A DNA stretch of 64,000 nucleotides, from the NCBI GenBank assembly GCA_964035545.1, contig OZ037773.1, positions 4,741,751-4,805,750 on the forward strand, written 5' to 3'. The notes beneath the pieces were generated by a model. The model was given only the letters and a program-made list of their open reading frames with translations. It did no database searches and was not told the DNA's origin. Position numbers and translations under genes: made by a program. Below, in pieces: positions 13,001-25,815 of this stretch (the first letter of the stretch is position 1; each line of letters opens with the position of its first letter). Source of the stretch: Bugula neritina (lineage: Eukaryota > Animalia > Bryozoa).

Positions 13001-13583
13001 ATGTTTGCCTTATAACTAATAAACCCATTCCTTTGCTTGTTTTCATCCATATAATCTACTTTTTCAGATTTTTTCACAAAAAAATCACTAGAAATAAACT
13101 CAGAGAAGTGAAAAACACATCTATGATTATCTGCAAAATTTTTTGCTTGTATATATAATAAACTAGCTTCAATAATTTCAAAATAATATTTAATGAATTT
13201 AGACAAAGTTGTGGGGAAACAACTCCTGTAACATTTTAAAGAGTTTTTGTGACTAACCGGGTAGACAGAAAAATTTAGAGTTTTTATAAAAGAAAAGTGA
13301 AAAAAATATCTATAATTATCAGCAAATTTATTTTGCTTATATAAAATAAATTAGCTTGAATAATTCCAAAATATTTAGCAGATTCACAAAAACGTTAAGA
13401 GAAAACAACTCCTGATTAATTTTAAAAGTTTGAAGCGCTTTTGTGACTAACTGGGTGCACAGAACAGTCTAGAGTTTTCACAGATTAATTAGGGCCCTTC
13501 AAACTTTCTATTTCTAAAAAAATTGCGTGGCCACCCCTCGAAGTGTAATGAGTGAAAGATAATTGGAGGTTACTTCTAGACTA
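10002..13583 (-). mobile_element. Decayed Academ-superfamily (XPG/AcademX-type) DNA transposon
   Basis: Termini are TAGTCTAGAAGTAACCT(T/C)CC...GGAGGTTACTTCTAGACTA (5'-TAG...CTA-3'), with ATA on both sides (9999-10001 and 13584-13586) as a 3-bp TSD. Minus-strand pseudo-coding fragments: CDHEEADT...SQDTDVFIL (about 12270-12365), FHALTG...SAFYGKG (about 11640-11695), LPPTKDELNLHVKRSNYQAAIWR (about 11365-11435), and Cys-rich CSCKTSCNISRCGCQKSQMQC..TDVCQCKDC (about 11140-11235). Together these fit an XPG/PIN nuclease plus Cys8 finger. Confidence 0.82.
11100..12420 (-). pseudogene. Frameshifted XPG-nuclease/Cys8 part of the Academ transposase
   Basis: The HEEADT, DTDV, FHALTG, LPPT..HVKRSNYQ and Cys-finger motifs occur in canonical order but are broken by stops and frameshifts. 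Confidence 0.78.
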
Positions 13584-13784
13584 ATATGCATGTTTTTTAT
13601 TTCAAAAGACCCCTTTATGAGTAGTTAATACTGACTCATCAATTAACAGCACGTGTGAATTTAGCAATTTCTTTGTTATAACTGTTTTTCCAAATTATAG
13701 AAAACATCAATGCTGACAAACACTTCCTATTCTAACATTAACTGGCAGATATTCATAAACCCGGTAAAAAGCTCACACAAGTTT

Positions 13785-13980
13785 ATTATCACTAACCCTG
13801 TGAGAAACCCCTGATGGAAAGGGTCTTTAAAAGCGGGCTAGAAATTTATTCTGATGGGGCACAAGAGGAATTATGACTGGATGCTCTTCCCAACATCTCC
13901 AATGACCTTTAATGGGGCTCGAACCCATGACCTCAGGTGTACTAAGCCAATGCTCTAACCCCTACACCACTGCTGCTCCC
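13785..13980 (-). mobile_element. tRNA-derived SINE copy
   Basis: The minus strand begins GGGAGCAGCAGTGGTGTAGGGGTTAGAGCATTGGC...GGGTTCGAGCCCC (A and B boxes). It is homologous over about 200 bp to the copies at 51963-52175 and 52220-52405. Confidence 0.8.
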
Positions 13981-14581
13981 CTAACATGTTATATTTTAAT
14001 CAATGATGCTGACAAATAAATAAATAATACCAGATAGTAACACAAGACCTATTTGATATTGTGTATAAATTGTATTACATGTTCTACATGATACACTCCA
14101 TACGTAATGATATATAATCCATAAACAATACTGGTTAACAGTAGACATATATTTATAAAGCATATTCATAGGATTCCTATCTGCTTTATACCCAGTCTGT
14201 TTCACCACCAGACTATTCTGTATGTCAAGATAAAGTATTTGTCAGATAGGTTGATAACAAATTTCAAAATAGTAGCCATAAACAACATAATATTATTTAG
14301 CCACATTCCTAGGTCAGCTAGTCTGCGGAAAATTCAAGCTATCTCCAGCAGTTAACTTTTCATTGGCGTATTTATAAAAGTTACAAAGTTGAATGAAACT
14401 AATGCTGAAATTAAAAAAAAAACACATCTCTTGGATAGACATGGAGACAGTGTAAAGGATTACGTATAAAAGTTGTTGAAAACTTATTGTTTACAAACAG
14501 GCTGACTAGAGCTGCAGTATAAAGATTGCGTGCACTACATAAATGAATGCCATGAACTATATTAAATAACCCACTACACTT

Positions 14582-17550
14582 TCAACTGTAACTAGATATT
14601 ACATTATAAAAATGGTATATTTCCTCGGAATCATACACCGCTATTCTAGTTTTACAGTTACTACAATTTACGGGGTGGTACAAGTCAGCCTCCGACATTT
14701 CAGCAGAATTTGACTCAGGATCCACGGCTACTAAATTATTATAGTCAGTAGGTTCTGTGATTGGCTGAGCTTTTGCTCCATGTTTACGTTTTCGTTTGTT
14801 CTTGAGATTTGATGGCTGCTTCTTTTTGAACTGTAGGGTCTCCCCGTAGTTCACGACAGTGTTGAGTGTAAACATGGCTCTATACTGTGTGTGGTACAGC
14901 TCATGTCTGTCAAATACAAGATGGCATAAAGAATTTATCAGCTTCATTAATTCATACAGTAAAAGTTTACTGGTTACTTTATAACTTCGTGGGGGGGGGG
15001 GGGGGGACAAGGAATATGGCTTCTTATAAGATATAACAAATTTAGCAACACCTTTACCCCCCCCCCCATAGTCCATCAATTTTATGACATCCCCAGTTAC
15101 TCTAAACACAAGACCCAAATTAGAATGACAAACATCTATTCAAATTAGAACCAAATGTGACTTTTTTATGTTTTCAGTAGAGGTGAACAATTTATAATGA
15201 GAGCTATTCCAGTTTGTTCCCAAAAAGCATATCTAATAAAAAGACAATGGGAATGTTTTTACTGAAGAAGCAGATAACTCTTAGTTATTCTCGGTGTCTC
15301 CAAATCACACTGTTTTTATAATAAATGCAAGTAGTCCGTGTTAAAAAATATACAAGAGTGGGCAACTACTAGTTTTAGGATTATTTATTGACACACACTG
15401 CCTTTCTAAGCTTTGCATTATTCAAATGGACTTTTCATTCGCTGTTTGAATACAATTAGATCGAATGAAGTCACAACCATAAATTAATGTAAACCTCAAC
15501 CACCAGTTCATCCATAAGAGCATCCGTTGACATAATGACAAGTAATGGAAACGCAGTGACATGCATCATAAAATAAAAAACATTACAGACAAATAATTTA
15601 AACAGTGCCAGCTACTGGTAATACCTTGTTTTACTGAGTTTACAAGAAACACTACCTTTGACAGTCGAGGCACACAGTACACATACACGCAGGGCAGTTG
15701 AGCACAGCGTCAGATTTCTTCTCTTTGATTGGTTTACCGTGAGCAGAGGATGTGACACGGTTGGGGGCAGACGACCTGTAAGACTCCCTCTTCTCGTTCA
15801 CCCACGCCTGATCCTCGTCGTCCATTTTGGGATCGTAAAACAAGGCGGCATTCTCGGCATCTACATACAAGAATAAAACTCTAAGACTAGATCTAATGAA
15901 CCACGGCCAAGCTCTGCTAGCATGTCTGTATGTATGTGGTGTCAAAACAATTGCAGGTCACATTTATGGACAGTTTGAGGAAATAACATGATTAAAGTTC
16001 AAGCCAATGCTGTTGAGTAAAAACTAATACTTACACTTCTTCATTCAACATACACTTCTACATTTGACTTACATTTTCTTCAAATTCAACTTAGATTAGA
16101 AATGAACTGATTAAAACAAATTGATTCAATAACTCTCTAACAAATCAAGTAACTACAAGCACATTTCAACTTTTCACTATGAAATTGTGCGACCCCAAAA
16201 AGAGCTGCCATTTCTCTTCGATAGACTATATGCAGGCACACAGCACCTGCGATCCAATAATTCATACTCTTACGATTGTCACACAGGGATAAAATAATTT
16301 GATAAAACAGTAACTTACAAACAGATGCTATTGCAAATGACACATAAATTAAAGATTGAAACTTATAATGTATCTGGTACGTTTCCGTTTGGTAAAAATA
16401 ATTGAATTTCAAAAATTAAAGACAGCAATTTTTTAGCAAAAAACTGTTAAGTACAAATCTAAGCAATACACTACTTTGAGTATAGAATTTAAGTCAGCAT
16501 ACAACCTTACAGGTAAGGATTATAATTTGTCCAGGTGAGTTTTACAGCTGACTATTTTGATGAAATAATGATACAAATCTAAATATAAAAATTATATGCT
16601 ACATAAAATCCACTACATTAGATTTAAATGCATGATAAAGTCTCATTCAAACTAGTCGGATAAAAAACAATTTTTGCCAAACTTTAACAATTACATGACA
16701 TTGCTAGGAGTGGAGTTCAATAAGCAAGTTAAATGAAGGGTAAAACTAACCTTGCAGTTTCTTCGTCTCATCTTGACCAGAATGAAAAGTATAGAGTTTT
16801 GATGCCATATGACCGTCCAATTCTGATGTCATTTCCTTTTCGAATTCATCTCCGCTGTCTGAATCCCTGACTGTCTTCTTATATTTGTGTTTTAATGCTT
16901 CACTGATCCCAGCGTGACTTTCTTCATCAGATCTAAATGCACATCATACAATATTTTATGAGCAATCAGTAACTCAAATCGAAACTTCAAATCAAAACTG
17001 AAGCAAAAACTTGAGAATAATTCACAAAATGTACTCAAACTATATTACACAACAAATTAATTCCTTACCCTAAAAAAATTAAAAGGAGGAATGAAATGAA
17101 CAAAAGAACGGTCAGACAGCTTCACATAAAATGTTGATATGTTGAAGTGAGAGCGGAGTTATTAGAAAATATTGTCTGATTGATTTTATAACAAATGGAG
17201 GTTTTATTAAACAAAACCCTCAAAGCAGAAACAAAAACTAAAGTCAAGCAAAAAAGTTGCACATTTCATTCTATAAAAATCAAGGTTTATCCTACTTTCA
17301 TATAGCTGTAAATATACTTATATAAAAACTAGACTTAAAACTTTACTCATATATGGCAGTGTGATCCCCTCCCATAAGTTTACAGACCGGGTAACATTAC
17401 AAGCTACTTCACTGATACCAACAACTGCCCAAGTTAATAGAATAGTAGATAATGAGCAGCTTTGACTGCAAATGCTTACTCATAGTCATCCAAATTATCT
17501 TCTTCACTATCTTCATGAACAAAAGGGTCTTCAAAATTATGGGTGGCCAT
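14582..17550 (-). CDS. EAPP: E2F-associated phosphoprotein, about 260 aa, 4 coding exons
   Basis: Exons 17550-17480, 16932-16751, 15860-15656 and 14906-14582 total 783 nt with consistent phases. Motifs include [56 protein letters not shown] and YHPVNCSNCKTRIAVYDSEEIYHFYNVISS. Confidence 0.93.
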
Positions 17551-18015
17551 TATATTTAGAATTCCAGATTGTTAATTACAACATTCCTGTAATTAACAGA
17601 CATTCAAGAGTAGACTATACGTGAATGTAACAGGCAACGGTCAAGCTTTAACCCAAATTATGTAACCTACTATATAATAGAGAAAATGTACACACAAAAA
17701 AGTACACCAAAAAAGCACATGAATAAAAAATATTCTGAGAACAAAAACTAAACAAGCAAAAAGTGCAAACATATGCATAGCACAGTTTAATTTTTAACAA
17801 ATGGCTAATACTAAAACTAAAAGTTAATATCAACTAATTAAGGTTTACTACTATTAGCATTATTATTAGCAACGTACTATTAGTATTGGTATTATTAAGC
17901 TATAATTTCAATAGTCAACATTACCATAAACTGAGGTGACCTAGTTCTTTCAGGAAATAAGTCAATAACTATAAGTATAAGTAGAGACAAAGTAAAACTT
18001 ATAGTTGTAAGGCAT

Positions 18016-18396
18016 AAGGCCCGGCCTCAAGCTCGTGAGCACCACCGAAACTCGTGCGACGATTTTCGTGAGTTATCTTCTCGTTATGACCAGCCACACA
18101 CTCGTTGGACAAAACACATAATAAATAGTCAGTGAATGAGTCTTGCACGAGATACAAACAGCAGAAAATTGCCAAACAGAGAAACGTGATAGAAATGAAA
18201 TAATCACTGTTGCTAAAATTCTATTGACCAATCAAATGGTGCTTATCGTTGATTGTGATTTTTCATCCATCGTCTTTGTTGTGTACACCCAAAGAAGACG
18301 ATTTCGTTTGAATTCCCTCAAATTTTCTAGTACGATTGTGTTTTCGTGTCAAATAGACGATTTCGTGTTATTCTCATGAGTGTGTGGCCAGGCCTT
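18016..18396. mobile_element. MITE with imperfect terminal inverted repeats (PIF/Harbinger-like)
   Basis: The left end AAGGCCCGGCCTCAAGCTCGTGAG pairs with the right end CTCATGAGTGTGTGGCCAGGCCTT. The interior is CpG-rich relative to the flanks, which are ATA and TTA. Confidence 0.65.
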
Positions 18397-19479
18397 TAGA
18401 GCTCATCCCATAAGGAAAGAAATAATGTTAAATTGTAACTCATCTTGACTTAAATTTAATTTTAACTTGAAGTACAACTTAAACTCCAACTAGTGCTCCC
18501 TAGTGCTGTGCTTGTAGTAAGTACAAAGTAGCTATAAATAATTCCATGGTACTGTGTTAGTATGCACTCAAAATTTAAATCAAATACATGACAAATGACA
18601 AAGTAGCACTAGCACTCGCAAAGAAAACTCAAACTGTTACATAATGATAATTATTATCATAAGAAACAATACAATCGCAATGCAATCACAAGCATTTAAA
18701 ACTACAAGCACAAAACAACAAAAAACTAGAACTCTGAAATGCTTGCCTATCGTCATCATAGAAATATTGATATTTATAGTAACTCAAACTGTAATCTTCA
18801 TCAACTCTTATTCTAACATTAAGACTAAGAGTAAGTGGAAGATAACTCTAAGCCTAAGGTCCCAACCCTAAAGGTAAGACTAATGAACTTTAACTTGTTT
18901 TAAAAGTGTATTTTGATTTAAAAGTAAAACTAAAAGAAAAAGAATCATTCATTAGACTTACTCTTAGTCCTTACACTTACCGTTACTGATTATTCATTAG
19001 ATTTAATGGTTCAAAATCAATATTCATATTCATATTGAAATATTAATGATATTGATTCAAAAAAGCAGATACTCATAATGATAATCTTATAATATTTTAT
19101 TTTAGTATTTATTCATTGACATTAGTGGATGAAAATTAATATTCATATTGATATTGAAATATCATTAGTATAAAATGAAAATAACTATAAGCAGATTGAG
19201 ATAGTCATACTCATAGTGACACTGATACTAATAGTAATTACTGTAATGGTAATACTAATAGTAATACAGTAATAATCTCATAGTGATAGTCATAGTCATA
19301 GATGATAGTGATAGTAGACGTAGTGATAGTAATAATATAAATCATACTGATTCTGTTGCTAACAAGCACACCTAAACGGCCCACAGTGCCTCAAAGTCAG
19401 AACTAGAAGGTTTTACTACTGAGTATTGTAACTAAGTTCAATACTGTAGAGTGCACATATAGTGATACTCATAGTCATA

Positions 19480-19810
19480 GACTTTAGAGTTTCAATGTAG
19501 GCCAGTCGTTTTAGTATGTTTCTTAGCAATTATTTGAAAGCGCGCAGGTACATAAAATTGTTTTTAGACAACAATAATTATTTGCGTGCAATTGTTTTCG
19601 TTTCGGCTATCTCCATGAAAGTCTTTGTATAATTATTATTGTATATAATATAGAATAGGAATTGGTATTTCAAAGTTATGTTCTCACACATTTTAAAATT
19701 ATGATAACACACTATTCCAATCAATGTAATGGGGTTTATAAACAGCCGAACTTCTATTTTGCTTTCGAGCCATACTACCAAGTCCAAGTCAAGGACAAGT
19801 GATTTCTCAC
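19480..19810. promoter_or_regulatory. Putative bidirectional promoter core between EAPP (-) and the ASPP-like gene (+)
   Basis: This is a local CpG cluster (GCGCGC, TTGCGTGC, TTCGGCT, AGCCGAA) in CpG-poor surroundings between divergent genes. A candidate EAPP 5'UTR donor lies at about 19371 and an acceptor at about 17587. The call is inference only. Confidence 0.4.
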
Positions 19811-20204
19811 AAATTCAATTTGTTATAATATTTTCAACAATAATAATTAAAATCGCTCATACTCATACTGCTAGTGATGTGATACTCACACTAATGATAC
19901 TCATGGTTCAACTTAAAGTCATTTAACATGACAAGTACAACAACAACATCTATTTCAGTATTTGCTTGCAATCTCTCACTCATGCTTTCAATTTTGGATT
20001 AGGCAGTTTAAGTTTTACTTTTACTTTTAGTTTAAGTTTTAAATTTAAGCAACTGCAATGTTTAACTTTTACTTTAACTTTAAGTTTAACTTTTTGTTAT
20101 GCTTATTCTTAATCAAAATGTCAATGATGACCATAATAATTATCATAGCGATTATGATAATCCTAATCTTACACTATTACTAAAACTAAAAGTAAAATTC
20201 TAAA

Positions 20205-20395
20205 ACTCATACTAATAGTAATACTAATACTAGTAATAGTAATACTAATAGTAATACTAATACTTATAGTTATGCTATTACTATTACTATTAGTATTAGA
20301 CTTAGTATTACTATTAGTATTGGTATTACTCAACTATTAGTATTAGTATTACTATTAGTGTATTACTATTACTATTGATATTACTATAGAGTATA
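20205..20395. repeat. Inverted hexamer microsatellite: (TAATAC/TAATAG)n followed by (GTATTA/CTATTA)n
   Basis: The left arm at about 20210-20263 and the right arm at about 20275-20390 are reverse-complement repeat types. Confidence 0.75.
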
Positions 20396-23300
20396 GTTAT
20401 AAATATAAGTTGATGCTATACTAATACTTAGTCTTACTCTTGGAGACTAGAATGATAGTGATTACTGATTAGTAATACTGATAGACATAGTGACAGTGAT
20501 AGTCTAGGAATATCAGTATGAGTATGACTATACAGTATGAGTATACTGATACTGATCATAAGTAATATCTAAACACTATAATATCCTATACAGACTACAG
20601 TATACATACTCTTAGTCTTAGTTTATAGTAATAGGAATCTAATAGTAATACTATGTAAACAAACAGTGATGGATTTTAATTTTTCTTTAGTAGATTTAAA
20701 AAAACTCAAGCGTAAGTATTTATTACAATAAAATACTAAGATTAAGTGTGTTTTATTTTGAAACTTCAACTTAAATAAATTTGCTTTATGGTTGATATTT
20801 TGCTGAATTTAAGGCTAATAAAAACTATGAACTGTTGGATAAAATTGAAACTGAATTAATTCAAGATTGGTTACATACTAGTAATTACTAAATAAAATGA
20901 TTTTACCCCATGACAATGACCAAATAGGCAAATTAAATAATCATTTCCACTTTGTTTTATTTATCAAAAATAATACTTTTTATAAATGTTTATGCTAACA
21001 GTATTGATATTTGAAAGGCTTCCAAGTTTGTGAAAGATTTCTATTTTATCTTCAGTGTAAACTTAAAACTAGTTTGCTGGTTGGAATTTTTGCCCTATCT
21101 CAATGTGCAGACTAGAGTACTTGCTTTAGGTTTGATTTTTGAAAACAGCTAAAATGCAGATAATCTTGTTTTGAAAGTATCATTGAAAACTAGTTTCTGT
21201 TTGAATTACAGCTAAGCTGATTCAAAAACTCAAAAATCTGATGGAAAGCTAAGTTGTTAAATTTTGCAAGATTGTGTTTACTCACAATAAAAGTTAAAAT
21301 TGCAATTTATTCCTACGATTTTCTTTTGCTAACATGCCTGGTTGTATACATGTAGCTGCTTCAGATGATATCAACCGCGATGAAATTGAGTTAGATAATC
21401 AATATAATAATTCTATTGTCAGCATACTGTCATATAACAATACTCGTTATTGTAGTGAAATGAGTCAAAAGTTTAAAGAACAGTTATATTACATGCAATG
21501 ACAGGTCAAACTGACATAGTTTAAATCTGATTATACACATGTTGAAAAATTGTCTTGCCATGCCAAACAGTAGGAGTCTTTGTTGAATTTCAGTAGTGGT
21601 TGGATTGCATGCTGTTTTTCTTTCTGTGTACAATTTGCTTTAAGGGCTGTCAGGTTTATAAATTTTGTTCATACTTTTATTGATTTCGCCAATGAAGTCT
21701 ATAGCAGCTCATATTTTCCACCAACATATTGAGATTTTTTTTAGGTCGAACAATGATATAAAACTTAGATTTTTTTCTATTATTAAAGGATGATACTACT
21801 TTGTTCAGGGTTTTATTACTGCACTGCTTTTTATGCTTATAATCTCAATACTATTTAGGAAATTCGAAAATAAGTCTTCATAAATAGCTGCTAGATCTAA
21901 GGTTTCCCTAGAAAGATCTCAGTTTCTTGACATTTATTTTCCCATCTTTCATGATTAGTATTCATTATTTGACAGTTTGCATGAAGTTGCCTGGTCCTGG
22001 TTTGAGGCTCAAAACAATATAATTAATTGCTTCAAGTGATTTGGCAATCCATTTTGTCAACTGTTCCTAGTACGCACTTCATTTTCAATTTTTTTAAATG
22101 AACGCTTTTTAAGTTCAACTTGAAAAGACTATCAATAGCTATAGATTTGGCTACTGTATAAAAAACCTATTTCTAAGCATCTGATCTTCTAGACTACATT
22201 GGAAAATAAAAGTGTATAAGCAGGTATAATAAATCCAACACTTTAGCACTGAAATGCTTTGCTGTGATTGCAAAAAGATTTATTGTTTGATAAAATTGAA
22301 GTGAGAAAAAGTTAATATTTATAAAAGAATTTTTAGTTTTTGCTACTTTACCATTTCTCTCAAACATTGGTATTTTTGTGACAGTAAAATATGAAAGGTT
22401 TTTTGTGGCATGTTTCCTAAAAGCTCGTTTTTGTATAAAATTTAGAAAAGTTTTTCAGGGAAGATAATAAAGTGTAGACGCTTTTTAAACACATCAATTT
22501 CTTTCTTTAGTTGACATTTAAACTTCAACTGTCAATGTTTGTTCAGCTTATCATATTAAATTAAATTCGTGACCTGGTGGAGGTGCCCACTTGGGTAGTA
22601 TTCACATTCATTGTCCTTTATTAACTTACTCCGAAGAGGCACTGTAAACATCTGGGAAAAGATTAGCAAATATATCATGGGATTTTAATTATATTCACAA
22701 TCAATGCAGTACATATGTCCTTTCTTTTAATCTCATCAATTCATCTATTCACTACATAGCGTCTGTATGACTGCTGTGAAGATTTTTTTATGTTTTCATG
22801 TAGCGACATGTAGTCCACAAATTTAGTAATTTAAGAAAGCTTTATTGTAGAAATAGAAAGTAACTGTGATGAATTATGTACCTTCTAAGACCTAAGTAAT
22901 ACTGTTTAAGTAGAACAATTGACCCAGTACTCTAAGTCAACATGTACAAATCTGATTTTATCTTCTGAAATTGGCATCCTTATGCTTAGGGTACAAGTCA
23001 AGTGTGGGAGTTACACTGCTAGGTGCCCAGTGCTATCAGCTCTTGGTTAAACAACGTAGTGCTATTTCACCCAACTCATAATTTCCCTGGAAACTTTGCT
23101 TACAGCCAGTGTCGTTGGGTTGAAGTTGTCAACAACCTGTAAGATTTTATGTTCTACTTTATGATATGCATATAAATAATATAAATCATATTAATCCTGT
23201 AGTAAGCCTGGGATAAGACAAGTGAGCAGAGACCATTTGAGAGTAGACATTCAGTTGAGCAGGTCACTACTAGACATCTTTGGTAAGTCATTCTCTTCTT

Positions 23301-25464
23301 CATCTTAAGTATTGGTTGGAAATGCTAGTGTCACTATCACTATCATTTTAAGTTTTCAAATGAACTCTAATAGCTGCTTTAACTGCCTGTATTTTAAGTA
23401 CTTGATTCAAGTTTTCATTGTAAACCCTATTAACTGCTTCAACTGCCAGTATTTTAAGTACTTGATTTGGTTTTGAAATTGTAAGGTTGTTGAATGGTTG
23501 CATCCCTCTCAGTGTAATGTCATGGAGTGTTATGGCTACAGCCAGGTGGCTTATGAGCCCAAGTTATTGTTTTACAATAGGTGAATCATGTTGATAGTAT
23601 TGTTTTGTGCTTATCGGTTGTACCAATACAGTAATAGTATATGAATAGAAACAACAATAGCAAGTTTAGACAAGCTTAGATTAAACAATATAACAGTTTC
23701 AAGGCCAGTCAGTTTCACTCAGCCTGTTTACTCAGAGGCTGTTTTTCTGCTGTTTAGATTAGCTCCAACTGTTATCTTATTGGTTGTTTTCTTCTGATGA
23801 CATAACTGTTGTTCAGTCAGCGGCTGTCTACCTGCTGCCATTGCTGTTTAGCTACTGGATATCTTGCTAAACAAAACAACTTAGGAATAAATCAATTTGA
23901 TGTCAAACTTGTAGTATGTAAATATTTATTATAGTTTGAAACAGGAAATATTGATTAATGGTGGCGGGCATGTAGGCACTGCTACTCAGTATTACTTCTA
24001 GCTCAGACTTGCTATATTTAATTCTTTGGGATATCTATTATCTTTTTTAAAATGGAAGTATATTTTGAAAGTGCTGACTTTAGGGTTTACTGAACTGTGT
24101 AATAACTCCCACCCCCCCCCCAGCTGATTTAACCTTGCTTATATACTCCTAATACACAGTATAGTTTCTCTGTAGAGCTTTTGTATTGATAGTATACTGC
24201 ATTCACTTTTTGGAGTTGTAGGATCTTGATTTTCTATAATCTGTATTCATTTTGGTTAGGTTTAGTCAGTTCTCAGTGGTGCAAGTTTGTATCTTATAAT
24301 TATATTGTGCCAATGCTTACAAGATGCTTGTCCTTGATAGTTGTTTCATGTGAAAGAAATAAAAAATAGTTAGAAAATTCAATTCAGCAAAGTTGAGTTG
24401 CATTAAATTAAGACTGTCCTTCTCCTTTCCTCTTTCAAATAGTTACTGTCGGCATGCAATTTTTACACCATAATAGTTTTGGTGTTACACTACTTCTTCA
24501 TTTGCTATTTAGGATGAGTGAATGAAGTTGGCGTTGAAACAGGGCAGTCGGATTTTAAGCTATAAAAATTAAGGAAAAAATACTAAGTGTTCATTATTTT
24601 GAAGTTGTCCGCTCAGTTTCCTGTGCAATTCATAGTGAACAAGGTTCAGTTTCTCTCTAAACTGTAATTCGAAGGCAATGGTGTGTTGCAGAGTGCTATT
24701 AATTTAACTTGTTATTTTCTCTTGCCGTGATTCATCCAAATCCATCAACTATTGGATTGTTAAATATTTTTGCATAACATTATTCTGAGCTAGATGCTTC
24801 TTGGCTATCCACTATTATTTTGTAATGGATTTTATTCTTTTTTCAATGGCTATTAGCATTTATGTTATTGCCTTTTCGTGCCAGTCGTGTTGTGCATGAC
24901 AAATATGTCATGTTTTGCTAATGTTTATTGCAAAACATGATTGCGTCAAAGCTAAAAGCAGTTATTAAAAATATATATATTATTGTAATGTTTTCAGATA
25001 CAACTGTTCCACAGTTTTACTAATTCAAAAGGATGTTCTTCAGCAAAGTTTCATTCCATTTACAAAATGTGGCAATGTGTTAGGTAATCTATAATTTACC
25101 TGCAACTATGGGCTAAGTTCATGAATTCTCAATTTCACAGAAATAGCAATTTCTTCAAGATCTCATTTATTATTTCTTTATTAAATATCGTGTCTTTTTA
25201 GTTTCACCAACACTGCCTCAGCCGCCAGGCAACAGTAAACTTCTAATTTTGTCATTCTTAGAATGAGTAATTCCCATTTTTTGATATTATAAAAGAATCT
25301 TTTGAGTTTCATAAAACTTGCTTACTTGGAAATAACTGACTGTTACTGTTACACTTTGAGGTTAACAGGTGGTTAGTTAGTAAAATCTTTCAGTAATTGA
25401 TTATAATAATTCAGTTAACCTGTTTTACCTATGTAAGCCTCAACTTGAACTGTTAATGAGGTTG

Positions 25465-25605
25465 GTGCAGTGAAGGAAAAGCCTGTGTTGTTGGTGAGAT
25501 TCGCCACAAAAGAAGTTGTTTTCTCTAGAGATTTTAAACCCAATTCTTAACCAAAATTCATAGAAATTTGAAAAAGACAGGCTATTGAAAATTCCCATTA
25601 CTGTC
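25465..25605 (+). mobile_element. Diverged copy of a roughly 165-bp MITE family (others at 29643, 31750, 35144)
   Basis: GGTGCAGT...AAAAGCCTGTGTT...CAAAAGAAGTT...GGCTAT...ATTACTG is shared with 35144-35300. Confidence 0.5.
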
Positions 25606-25725
25606 TGCATGTTCCAGTGTATACATATTTATTTGATGTCTTATTTATATACATTGCATCCTGTATGGAATTAATGCACTATTTCTACGTTGTAAAATTG
25701 GAATAATTTCTGCTAAATTTACTGG

Positions 25726-25815
25726 CAGTTTTCTGCTAGGTAGGTTTGCTGGTGGGTTTTTTGCTAGATTTGCTGGTGGGTTTTCTGCTAGATTTGCTGG
25801 TGGGCTTGCTGGTGC
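25726..25815. repeat. Short minisatellite (TTTTCTGCTAGATTTGCTGGTGGG-like, 3-4 copies)
   Basis: Direct tandem copies are visible. Confidence 0.7.
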
